Notes under the pieces: generated by a model | Database searches by the model: none | The model's input: only the letters and a program-made list of their open reading frames with translations | Told to the model about the DNA's origin: nothing | Translations under genes and position numbers: made by a program | Origin: Candidatus Methylomirabilota bacterium | GTDB taxonomy: Bacteria > Methylomirabilota > Methylomirabilia > Rokubacteriales > CSP1-6 | DNA: 55,228 nt | Reading direction: 5' to 3' | NCBI GenBank assembly: GCA_035259825.1 | Contig: DATFWA010000296.1 | Coordinates: 1 to 55,228 of the forward strand | Shown here: positions 27,739 to 36,140 of the stretch, piece by piece | Layout: each line of letters starts with the position of its first letter | How positions within the stretch are numbered: the stretch's first letter is position 1

Positions 27739-28335
27739 GTGAGCGACTACTTCACGGTGTTCGGACTGCCCCGCAAGCTGACGGTGGACGGGGAGGCGCT
27801 GCAGCGGCGCTTCTACGAGCTGTCGCGTCAGCATCACCCCGACTTTCACCAGGGGGCGGCGGCAGAGCAGCAGGCGGAGACGCTCGCCCGGTCGGCCCAG
27901 GTCAATCGTGCGTACCGAGCGCTGCGCGATCCGCTCCCGCGAGTGGAGTACCTGATCGCACTCGAGGAGGGGCGCGAGGTGCGCGAGGGCGCGACCGACA
28001 AGCCTCGGGCGCCCCGGGAGCTGCTCCAGGAAATGCTGGAGGTCCAGGAAGCGCTCGAGGAGGCCAAGGCCGAGGGCATGAGCACCGCGGCGGCCGAGCG
28101 CCTGCGCGAGGAGCGCGCGCGGCTCGAGGAGCGTTACGCGGCCGAGGCCGACGCCATCGTGGGCCGGGCGGGGGAGTGGGATCGGCTGATGGACGCCGGC
28201 GGCGATCGCAAGCCGCTGCTCGAGTGGTTCAAGGAGCGCCTCGCCACCCGGGCGTACCTGCGCACCGTCATCGACGATTTGACCGCCGCGCTGGGAGAGC
28301 GCGAGGAGAGCCATGTCTCGCATCGTCGGCATTGA
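27739..28335 (+). CDS. hscB: Fe-S assembly co-chaperone HscB (J-domain)
   Basis: DYFTVFGLPRKLTVDGEALQRRFYELSRQHHPDF (HPD motif). GTG start. Confidence 0.85.
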   Translation: MSDYFTVFGLPRKLTVDGEALQRRFYELSRQHHPDFHQGAAAEQQAETLARSAQVNRAYRALRDPLPRVEYLIALEEGREVREGATDKPRAPRELLQEMLEVQEALEEAKAEGMSTAAAERLREERARLEERYAAEADAIVGRAGEWDRLMDAGGDRKPLLEWFKERLATRAYLRTVIDDLTAALGEREESHVSHRRH

Positions 28336-30148
28336 TCTGGGCACCACCAACAGTCTGGTCGCCCACGTGGAGGGCGGTATCCCGCGGGTGATCCCGGACA
28401 CGGAGGGCCGCGCCCTGCTGCCTTCGATCGTGGCTTGGACGCCCAACGGGGTGGTGGTCGGCGAGGCGGCTCGCCGCCAACTCGCCCGCAACGCCGCCCG
28501 GACGGTGTACTCGGTGAAACGGCTCATGGGCCGCGGCTACGAGGACGTAAAGGACGAGCTGCCCCGGCTGCCGTTCGCGGTGACGCCGCACGCGGAGGTG
28601 GTGTCGATCCGCATCAACGACCGCGAGGTGACGCCCCCGGAGGTCTCGGCCCACGTGCTGCGAGCGCTCAAGCAGCGCGCGGAAGCTCACTTCGGTGAGC
28701 CGGTGGAGCAGGCGGTGATCACGGTGCCCGCGTACTTCAACGACGCGCAACGGCAGGCCACCAAGGACGCCGGACGCATCGCCGGCCTCGACGTCCTGCG
28801 CATCGTCAACGAGCCCACCGCGGCCTCGCTCGCCTACGGGCTCCAGCGGATGGCGGAAGGACTGATCGCGGTCTACGACCTGGGAGGCGGCACCTTCGAC
28901 ATCTCGATCCTCCGAGTGAAGGAGGGTGTCTTCGAGGTGCTGGCGACCAACGGCAACACCCATCTGGGGGGCGACGACTTCGACCAGGCGATGGTGGACT
29001 GGATCCTCGCCGACATCCGGAGCCGTCACGGGGCCGACCTCTCGCGCGACGCGGAGGCCCTCCAGGAGATCCGCCTCGGTGCGGAGGCCGCCAAGTGCCG
29101 GCTGTCCTTCGACGAGCGCACCGTGCTCACGATCCCGTTCGAGCGGTTCACCTACCGCCGGGACATCACCCGGGCCGACCTCGAGGCGCTGGTCGAGCCG
29201 CTCGTGGCCACCACGCTCGGTCCGTGCCGCCAGGCGCTGGCCGACGCCGGGCTGGAGGCAGCTCAGGTCGACCAGGTAGTGCTCGTCGGGGGCTCGACGC
29301 GGATGCCCTTGGTGCGGCGGCGGGTCGAGGAGTTGTTCGGCCGGACTCCGCACAGCCGCCTGAACGCGGACGAGGTGGTCGCCCTCGGCGCGGCGGTGCA
29401 GGCGCAGATCCTGGCCGGCGGCATCACCGATATGCTGCTGCTGGACGTGACGCCGCTCTCTCTCGGCATCGAAACCCTGGGCGGCATCGTGAGCGTGCTG
29501 ATCCCGCGCAACACCACCATCCCGACGCTGGCCAAGGAGTATTTCACGACGTCGGTGGACGGGCAGACCACGATCGATATGCACGTGCTCCAGGGCGAGC
29601 GCGAGCTGGCCAAGGACAATCGCTCGCTGGCCCGCTTCGACCTGGCCGCGGTGGATCCGATGCCGGCCGGGATGCCCAAGATCGAGGTCACGTTCCTGAT
29701 CGACGCCAACGGCATCCTACAGGTGCAGGCCCGCGAGCTGCGGACCGGCAAGGCGGCCAGCATCGAGGTCAAGCCCACCTACGGCCTGACCGAGGCCCAG
29801 GTGGAGCAGATGGTGGAGGACTCGTTCACCCACGCGGAGGCCGACGTCGAGGCGCGGCTCCTCATCGAGACGCGCACCGAGGCCGACACCGTGATCAACC
29901 ATGTCGAGCGCGCGCTCCGCCAGGCCGGCGGCATCGCCACCGCGGAGGAGCGGGCCACCATCGAGGCCGCCCTCGCCGCGCTGCAGGCCGCGCGGGCCGG
30001 TACCGATCGCGACCGCATCCGCGATCTCACGCTCGAGCTCAACGAGGCCACCGCACCGCTCGCGGACCGGATGATGGAGGTGGCCATCAAGGACGCGGTC
30101 ACTTCACGGCGAGCGGACCGGCTGCTGGATAATTCGGAGAATTCATAA
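28313..30148 (+). CDS. hscA: Fe-S assembly chaperone HscA (Hsp70 family)
   Basis: [37 protein letters not shown] and [14 protein letters not shown]. Confidence 0.95.
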   Translation: MSRIVGIDLGTTNSLVAHVEGGIPRVIPDTEGRALLPSIVAWTPNGVVVGEAARRQLARNAARTVYSVKRLMGRGYEDVKDELPRLPFAVTPHAEVVSIRINDREVTPPEVSAHVLRALKQRAEAHFGEPVEQAVITVPAYFNDAQRQATKDAGRIAGLDVLRIVNEPTAASLAYGLQRMAEGLIAVYDLGGGTFDISILRVKEGVFEVLATNGNTHLGGDDFDQAMVDWILADIRSRHGADLSRDAEALQEIRLGAEAAKCRLSFDERTVLTIPFERFTYRRDITRADLEALVEPLVATTLGPCRQALADAGLEAAQVDQVVLVGGSTRMPLVRRRVEELFGRTPHSRLNADEVVALGAAVQAQILAGGITDMLLLDVTPLSLGIETLGGIVSVLIPRNTTIPTLAKEYFTTSVDGQTTIDMHVLQGERELAKDNRSLARFDLAAVDPMPAGMPKIEVTFLIDANGILQVQARELRTGKAASIEVKPTYGLTEAQVEQMVEDSFTHAEADVEARLLIETRTEADTVINHVERALRQAGGIATAEERATIEAALAALQAARAGTDRDRIRDLTLELNEATAPLADRMMEVAIKDAVTSRRADRLLDNSENS

Positions 30149-30471
30149 TGGCGGTGCACAAGGTGACGTTCCTGCCGCTGAACAAGACCGTCGAGGTCGA
30201 CGACAGCAAGTATCCGCTCGCCGACCACGGGCGGCCGGGCTCGCTGCTCGACATCGCCCTGGCCAACGACATCCATCTCGAGCACAACTGCGGCGGCAGC
30301 TGCGCGTGCACGACCTGTCACGTGGTGGTGCGGGAAGGAGAGGAGAACCTCTCGCCCATGGAGCAGGACGAGGAGGATCGTCTCGACACCGCGGAGGGGC
30401 TCACCCTGCACTCGCGGCTGGGCTGTCAGGCGGTGGTCAAAGGCGACGTGGTGGTGGAGATACCCAAGTAA
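30148..30471 (+). CDS. fdx: ISC-type [2Fe-2S] ferredoxin
   Basis: HNCGGSCACTTCHVVV...RLGCQ cysteine pattern. ATGA-type junction with hscA. Confidence 0.92.
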   Translation: MAVHKVTFLPLNKTVEVDDSKYPLADHGRPGSLLDIALANDIHLEHNCGGSCACTTCHVVVREGEENLSPMEQDEEDRLDTAEGLTLHSRLGCQAVVKGDVVVEIPK

Positions 30472-30481
30472 AGGGGCCGAC

Positions 30482-30682
30482 ATGAAGTGGACGGACGCCG
30501 AGGACATCGCGCTGGCTCTGATGGAGGCGCACCCGGACGTGGACCCGCTCACGGTGCGATTCACCGACATGCACAAGTGGGTGGTCGCGCTTCCCGGGTT
30601 CAGCGACGAGGCCAAGAACTCGAACGAAGGGCTCCTCGAGGCCATCCAGATGAAATGGCACGAGGAGTACCAGGACCGCTGA
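30482..30682 (+). CDS. iscX: Fe-S assembly protein IscX (YfhJ)
   Basis: MKWTDAEDIALALMEAHPDVDPLTVRFTDMHKWV..., a 66-aa acidic protein. Confidence 0.88.
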   Translation: MKWTDAEDIALALMEAHPDVDPLTVRFTDMHKWVVALPGFSDEAKNSNEGLLEAIQMKWHEEYQDR

Positions 30683-30683
30683 G

Positions 30684-30914
30684 CTACCAGGTCACCACGT
30701 GATCGTGAGCGAAGATCAAGTCGAGCAGCCCCGCGTAGTCGAGTTCGCCGTCGGCGAGCCGGTGCACCGTCACGTCCGCGGGCAGGGAGGGCGCGGCGGC
30801 GCCGTCGAGCAGGACCACCGTAACACGGGCGTTCGGCTCCCGCCGGTTGGCCTCGATGACCGAGGCGGCGAGCGAGGCCGAGTCGCCCTTGACCAGGTGG
30901 AGGAAGCCGGCCAT
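30684..30914 (-). CDS. TusB/DsrH-like sulfur-relay protein (short, Cys-free)
   Basis: 76 aa, MAGFLHLVKGDSAS...LLDLIFAHDHVVTW (typical C-terminal ...V.tW). Last gene of a three-gene DsrE-family set. Confidence 0.7.
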   Translation of the reverse strand: MAGFLHLVKGDSASLAASVIEANRREPNARVTVVLLDGAAAPSLPADVTVHRLADGELDYAGLLDLIFAHDHVVTW

Positions 30915-31267
30915 CAGAACACGAGGAACCGCGTCGCCCGGGGCACCAGCGCCGCGACCTCCTCCCGGCTCACCGCGACCACCGGGTGGCCGTCCGCGTT
31001 CCAGTCCGGGTCGGTGGGCAGGGCGCCCTCCACGTGGAAGGGCACGCCGAGCTTCTTGAGCGAGGCGCGGAACTTGGCGATGTCGTCGCCGTCGATCAGG
31101 TCGTCGGTGTCCTCGTCGAGGAGGTGGACCGCCGGACCGCTGAGCACTACGCGCACCTCGTTGTCGCCGGCCACGATGCCGAGCGCGATGCGCATGGCCT
31201 CGTTGGCCCGATGCGAGATGCGCGGGTCCTCCGAGATCACGACGAGGGTGGGCTGGCTTCCGCTCAC
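30914..31267 (-). CDS. TusC/DsrF-like sulfur-relay protein
   Basis: 117-aa DsrE-fold pattern LVVISEDP...EAMRIALGIV...VRVVLSGPAVHLL, ending in RFLVF. Confidence 0.7.
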   Translation of the reverse strand: MSGSQPTLVVISEDPRISHRANEAMRIALGIVAGDNEVRVVLSGPAVHLLDEDTDDLIDGDDIAKFRASLKKLGVPFHVEGALPTDPDWNADGHPVVAVSREEVAALVPRATRFLVF

Positions 31268-31280
31268 GGCCGCGCGCGCT

Positions 31281-31616
31281 CTAGTTGAGTGCGATGAAGC
31301 GGTCGGTGCCGTTGATCACGTCGGTGAGCACGACCAGGCCGCAGTTGGTGGCGCGATGCGACAGGGGCAGGCGCCGCTTCTGGCAGCCGTAGGCGCACAC
31401 GAAGAGCCTCAGGCCCCGATCGACCAGGGCCTGCAGGCGGGCGTCCTCCACCGCGGCCACCGCGTCGTCGATCAGGTACAGGTACACGTCCCCGCCCGCG
31501 TCGAGCGCCGCGCGAGACAGTCCGAGCGCGGTGTCGAGATTCGGGTGGTCGGGCGCGGTGGAGACCATCAGGCCCAGCTTCCGACTGGCGAGAGCCATGC
31601 GGGCGAAGCGTAACAT
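31281..31616 (-). CDS. TusD/DsrE-like sulfurtransferase subunit
   Basis: KLGLMVSTAP...DVYLYLIDDAV...LRLFVCAYGCQKRRL, with the conserved Cys in a VCxxxxxxR context, ending in DRFIALN. The start may instead be Met-7 (31598). Confidence 0.75.
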   Translation of the reverse strand: MLRFARMALASRKLGLMVSTAPDHPNLDTALGLSRAALDAGGDVYLYLIDDAVAAVEDARLQALVDRGLRLFVCAYGCQKRRLPLSHRATNCGLVVLTDVINGTDRFIALN

Positions 31617-31634
31617 CGTGAAAGGGGAGCGTCA

Positions 31635-32789
31635 ATGAACCGTCAAGTCTATCTGGATCACAACGCGTCCACGCCGGTGCATCCGGAGGTGGTGGACGCG
31701 ATGCTGCCGTACTTCAGCGAGCGCTTCGGCAATCCGTCGAGCGTGCACGGCTTCGGCCGTGCCGCCCGCGAGGGGCTGGAGACCGCGCGCGAGCAGATCG
31801 CCCACTTCCTGCGGGTCGGCAAGGAAGAGATCGTCTTCACCTCCGGCGGCACCGAGTCCGACAACATGGCGGTCAAGGGCGTGGCGATGGCCCGTCGTTC
31901 CGGGCACATCATCACCAGCAAGATCGAGCACCACGCGGTGCTGCGCGCGGTGCAGAACCTCGAGACGATGGGCTTCGCGGCGACCTACCTGGACGTCGAC
32001 GGCTTCGGGATGGTGGACCCCGACGCCCTGCGCCGGGCCATCCGGCCCGACACCATCCTGATCTCGATCATGCACGCCAACTCCGAGATCGGCACCATCC
32101 AGCCCGCGCGCGAGCTGGGGGCCATCGCGCGAGAGCACAACATCCCGTTCCACATGGACGCGGTGCAGACCTTCGGCAAGGTGCCGATCGACCTCGACGC
32201 CTTCAACATCGACCTGATCTCCTTCTCCGGCCACAAGATCTACGGACCCAAGGGAGTAGCGGGGTTGTACATCAAGAAAGGCACCAAGATGGTATCGGTG
32301 CAGCACGGCGGCGAGCACGAGCGCCGGCGCCGGGCCGGGACCGAGAACGTGGCCAGCATCGTGGGCTTCGGCAAGGCCATCGAGATCCGCGCGCGCGACA
32401 TGGCCGAAGAGGCCCAGCGGCTGACTACCCTTCGGGAGCGCCTCTGGGAGGGCCTGAGCCGCCGGGTGCCCGAGGTGCGGCTGAACGGCCATCCGACCCA
32501 GCGGGTCCCAGGCACCTGCAACGTGTGCTTCCGCCACGTGGAATCCGAATCCATCGTGCTCGGGTTGGATCTGAAGGGCATCGGCGTATCGGCGGGGTCG
32601 GCCTGTACCTCCGGCAACGTGGAGCCGTCGTACGTGCTGGTGGCCATGGGCGTGCCGCTCGACTGGGCGATGGGCGCGGTGCGGCATTCGCTGGGACGAA
32701 GCACGACCGCGGAGGACATCGACTACGTGATCGAGTCGACCGAGCCACTGGTAGCGAAGCTCCGGAGCGCCATGCCGGCGCGGGCCTGA
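31635..32789 (+). CDS. nifS: cysteine desulfurase, NifS-type (class I)
   Basis: MNRQVYLDHNASTPVHPEVVDAM, FTSGGTESDN, SFSGHKIYGPKGVAGLY and SAGSACTS. Confidence 0.93.
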   Translation: MNRQVYLDHNASTPVHPEVVDAMLPYFSERFGNPSSVHGFGRAAREGLETAREQIAHFLRVGKEEIVFTSGGTESDNMAVKGVAMARRSGHIITSKIEHHAVLRAVQNLETMGFAATYLDVDGFGMVDPDALRRAIRPDTILISIMHANSEIGTIQPARELGAIAREHNIPFHMDAVQTFGKVPIDLDAFNIDLISFSGHKIYGPKGVAGLYIKKGTKMVSVQHGGEHERRRRAGTENVASIVGFGKAIEIRARDMAEEAQRLTTLRERLWEGLSRRVPEVRLNGHPTQRVPGTCNVCFRHVESESIVLGLDLKGIGVSAGSACTSGNVEPSYVLVAMGVPLDWAMGAVRHSLGRSTTAEDIDYVIESTEPLVAKLRSAMPARA

Positions 32790-32815
32790 GCCCGGGCGCC
32801 GGGAACGAGCCTCCG

Positions 32816-33208
32816 GTGCGATACAGCCCGACCCTCATCGATCACTTCCGGAACCCGCGGAATGCAGGCATGATGCGGCATCCGGACGGGGTGGGGGAGG
32901 GCGAGTTCAAGGAGTGCATGGATCTGGTCCGCTTCCACCTGCGCGTCATGGCGGGACGGGTGGTGGAGGCCCGGTTCCAGGCCTACGGATGTGGGCCGAC
33001 CATCGCGGCGGCCAGCGCGGCGACCGAGGTGGTGGCCGGCGCGAGCTTGCTCGACCTGCTGGAGCTCTCGGCGGGTGAGGTGGAGGCAGCAGTTGGCGGA
33101 CTGCCCGAGGCGCGCCGTCACGCGGCCGAGGTCGCGACGCTGGGGCTGCGGGCCGCGGCGCGGGACGCGCTGAGCCGGACGGACACAAGGAGCGAGCGAG
33201 ATGCTTGA
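32816..33208 (+). CDS. NifU N-terminal / IscU-like protein, atypical (third Cys ligand replaced by Ala)
   Basis: [28 protein letters not shown] (Cys-x-Asp retained), [11 protein letters not shown] (second Cys retained), and [12 protein letters not shown] where IscU has LPPVKIHCSVLA. GTG start at 32816. Confidence 0.75.
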   Translation: MRYSPTLIDHFRNPRNAGMMRHPDGVGEGEFKECMDLVRFHLRVMAGRVVEARFQAYGCGPTIAAASAATEVVAGASLLDLLELSAGEVEAAVGGLPEARRHAAEVATLGLRAAARDALSRTDTRSERDA

Positions 33209-33872
33209 GCAGATGCGGCGGGACGTGAGGACGGTGCTGGAGCGCGATCCGGCCGCACGGTCGGCCCTGGAGGTCGTCTTCTGCACGCCGGGCGTGCACG
33301 CGATCTGGATCCACCGCGTGGCCAACTGGTTCTGGCGCGCGGGCTGGGAGCTCACTGGCCGCTGGCTCTCCCACGTGGGACGATTCCTGACCGGCATCGA
33401 GATCCATCCCGCGGCGGTCCTGGGCCCCGGTCTCTTCATCGATCACGGCATGGGGATCGTCATCGGTGAGACCGCCGAGATCGGGGAGAACGTCAGCATC
33501 CTGCAGGGGGTCACCCTCGGGGGCACCAGCGCCAAGCGCGAGAAGCGCCATCCCACTATCGGCGACAACGTGATGATCGGGGCGGGCGCCGCGGTGCTCG
33601 GCGGCTTCACTATCGGAGCGGGTAGCCGCATCGGTGCCGGCTCGGTGGTGGTGCGCGAGGTGCCGGAGAACTGTGTCGTGGTCGGCGTGCCCGGTCGCAT
33701 CACGTTCCGGAACGGCGAGCGAGTGACCGGCGGTATCGATCTCAACCAGACCGATCTCCCCGACCCGCTGGCCCGCACGCTCGAGCAGATGGCCGACCGG
33801 ATCCATTCGCTGGAGGCGGAGATCGAGCGGCTGAAGAAGGTGGCCGACGCGGCGGACGCACGCACTCACTGA
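33201..33872 (+). CDS. cysE: serine O-acetyltransferase
   Basis: [43 protein letters not shown] and hexapeptide repeats. 8-nt overlap with the upstream gene. Confidence 0.92.
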   Translation: MLEQMRRDVRTVLERDPAARSALEVVFCTPGVHAIWIHRVANWFWRAGWELTGRWLSHVGRFLTGIEIHPAAVLGPGLFIDHGMGIVIGETAEIGENVSILQGVTLGGTSAKREKRHPTIGDNVMIGAGAAVLGGFTIGAGSRIGAGSVVVREVPENCVVVGVPGRITFRNGERVTGGIDLNQTDLPDPLARTLEQMADRIHSLEAEIERLKKVADAADARTH

Positions 33873-33901
33873 GCTGTTCTTCACAAGGGGGGTCAATCGA
33901 C

Positions 33902-34078
33902 GTGCTGCCCAAGGACACCATGGACGTGAAGGAAGCCTCCCGGTACCTCGCGATGGACGAGAAGGTCGTGACCCAGATGGCGATCGAGCGCCGCATCCCG
34001 GCCGTCGAGCACGAGGGCAAGTGGCTCTTCTCCAAGAAGTCCATCGACAAGTGGCGCGGGCGCACAGCCACCCGCTGA
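33902..34078 (+). CDS. small excisionase-family (HTH_17-like) DNA-binding protein, 58 aa
   Basis: Below the ORF-track length cut-off. Manual translation gives VLPKDTMDVKEASRYLAMDEKVVTQMAIERRIPAVEHEGKWLFSKKSIDKWRGRTATR. AAGGGGGG Shine-Dalgarno upstream. Confidence 0.5.
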   Translation: MLPKDTMDVKEASRYLAMDEKVVTQMAIERRIPAVEHEGKWLFSKKSIDKWRGRTATR

Positions 34079-34100
34079 TCTCCCTCCCCTGAAGCAGGCA

Positions 34101-35291
34101 GTGACGCGGACCATCCTCCACGTCGACATGGACGCGTTCTACGCGTCCGTGGAGCAGCGGGACCGGTCGGAGCTGCGGGGACGGCCGGTCATCGTGGGCG
34201 CGGACCCGTCGGGCCGGGGCGTGGTATCGGCCGCCTCGTACGAGGCCCGGCGATTCGGGGTGCACTCGGCGATGCCCATCGGCCGCGCCGCGCGCCTGTG
34301 TCCCCACGGCACGTTCCTCCCGGTGGACATGGCCAAGTACGCGGCCGTCTCCCGCCAGGTCATGGAGATCCTCGCCGCGTTCACGCCCCTGCTGGAGCCG
34401 CTGTCGATCGACGAGGCCTTCCTCGACGTGACCGGCACCGAGGGGCTCTACGGCAACGGCCCGGCGGTCGCGCGCGCCATCAAAGCGCGCATCGCGGTCG
34501 CGCTCTCGCTGACCGCATCCGTCGGCGTCGCGGCGAACAAGTTCGTGGCCAAGGTCGCCTCCGATCTCCGGAAGCCGGACGGGCTCGTGGTGGTGGAGCC
34601 CGGCGCCGAGGCTGACTTCCTCGCTCCGCTCCCGGTCTCTCGGCTGTGGGGAGTCGGCCGCGTCACCGGCGCCTCGCTGGAGGAGATGGGCATCAGCACC
34701 ATCGGACAGCTCGCCTCGCTGCCTCTGGAGTATCTGGAGGCGCGATTCGGCTCCGGAGGCCGCGCGCTACAAGACCTGGCCTTCGGCCGCGACGATCGGG
34801 TGGTGGAGCCGTTCGCGGCGCCCAAGTCCATGGGCGCCGAGGAGACCTTCGGGCAGGATCACCGTGACGTCGAGCGCCTGGCCGCGACACTGCGCGAGCA
34901 GGCCGAGCGGGTGGCCCGCGAGCTACGCGACGAGGGCTACTCCGGCCGCTGCGTGACGCTCAAGCTCCGCTTCGCCGATTTCTCGACCCTGACGCGCCGC
35001 CACACCGACGACCCGACGCAGGACGGGCTCGCCATCTATCGTCGGGCCCGCACGCTGCTCGATCGGATCCCGCTCCGACAGGCGGTGCGCCTCATCGGGC
35101 TCTCGGTGTCGGGGCTCGGCCCCGCCGCGGCCGGCCAACTCTCGCTGCTGGAACCGGACACCGCGCGCCGGGAGCGCCTGGCGAGGGCGATGGATCGGGT
35201 GACCGCACGCTTCGGCGAGGATTCGCTCCGGCCGGCGAGCCTGCTGCAGAAGCCCCGGCGTGGTCCGCGGCCCTTCGGTCGGAACGCGTGA
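34101..35291 (+). CDS. dinB: DNA polymerase IV (Y-family)
   Basis: ILHVDMDAFYASVEQRD, SIDEAFLDVTG and ASVGVAANKFVAKVASD. Confidence 0.93.
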   Translation: MTRTILHVDMDAFYASVEQRDRSELRGRPVIVGADPSGRGVVSAASYEARRFGVHSAMPIGRAARLCPHGTFLPVDMAKYAAVSRQVMEILAAFTPLLEPLSIDEAFLDVTGTEGLYGNGPAVARAIKARIAVALSLTASVGVAANKFVAKVASDLRKPDGLVVVEPGAEADFLAPLPVSRLWGVGRVTGASLEEMGISTIGQLASLPLEYLEARFGSGGRALQDLAFGRDDRVVEPFAAPKSMGAEETFGQDHRDVERLAATLREQAERVARELRDEGYSGRCVTLKLRFADFSTLTRRHTDDPTQDGLAIYRRARTLLDRIPLRQAVRLIGLSVSGLGPAAAGQLSLLEPDTARRERLARAMDRVTARFGEDSLRPASLLQKPRRGPRPFGRNA

Positions 35292-35373
35292 CGAGTCGCG
35301 CTCGCGTTGCCTTCGCTCCGGCGTTCGGCTAGACTCACTGAATAGCGATTCATTTCGTCGCTCGGAGAGACTC

Positions 35374-36129
35374 ATGGAACGTCCGATCGCCTACGACAAG
35401 CTGGCCCGTGAGGATCGTCTCGTACGCATGCGAGCCCGGGAAGTCGCGCAGCTGAAGGTCGACCAGGGGCTGCCGCCGTTCCCCGACCTGCTCTCGCGCG
35501 ACTCGATCAAGGAACGGGTGCACGGGATCATGGTGGGCGAGCTGCAGGCCATGGAGGGTGCCGGTCGTACCGTCTACGATTTTCCCGACGCGCCGTGGGA
35601 GTTCACCATGGACATGGCGCGCCAGGTGTGGGACGAGTCGCGGCACGTCGAGATCTACGTCCGCCTGCTCGAGCATCTGGAGGGCTACATCGGCGAGTTC
35701 CCGGAGACGACGATCCTGTGGCGCTGCGCCTGCGCGGAAGACGCGGCGGCGCGCGTGGCTGGAGTAAACCGCGGGCTCGAGGGCCTGGCCTGCGACGTGT
35801 TCAACCAGCTGGTGCACATCGCGCGCAAGATGGGCGATCCGATCCTGGAGCGCGCGGTGGATTACGTGCTCGCCGACGAGATCACCCACGTCCGCATGGG
35901 TTCGAAGTGGCTCACCCGGCTCACCGAGGGCGATCCCGAGCGCCGCCGCCGGGCCATCGAGTTTCAGGAGACGATCGACGAGCGCTTCAACCTGGGAGGG
36001 ATCCGCCGCGAGGGCCCGCACGAGGTGGTGCCGATCTCGATCGCCACCGAAGCGCGTCGCGAGGGCGGGTTCACCGACGAGGAGATCGCGCGGCTGATTC
36101 ACACCACCCAGCGGTCGCCCGTCTACTAG
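35374..36129 (+). CDS. ferritin-like di-iron carboxylate protein (DUF455-like)
   Basis: MERPIAY..., with candidate metal ligands VGELQAMEG, WDESRHVEIY (ExxH), GLEGLACDVF and LADEITHVRMG (ExxH). Confidence 0.8.
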   Translation: MERPIAYDKLAREDRLVRMRAREVAQLKVDQGLPPFPDLLSRDSIKERVHGIMVGELQAMEGAGRTVYDFPDAPWEFTMDMARQVWDESRHVEIYVRLLEHLEGYIGEFPETTILWRCACAEDAAARVAGVNRGLEGLACDVFNQLVHIARKMGDPILERAVDYVLADEITHVRMGSKWLTRLTEGDPERRRRAIEFQETIDERFNLGGIRREGPHEVVPISIATEARREGGFTDEEIARLIHTTQRSPVY

Positions 36130-36140
36130 GTCGCGGCGCC

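Noticed and set aside
33902-35291. An excisionase-type HTH next to dinB considered as a sign of a mobile element or prophage boundary.
   Set aside because: No integrase, recombinase, transposase, att-type direct repeats or compositional break occurs in the flanking 10 kb. The flanking genes are housekeeping (cysE, dinB).
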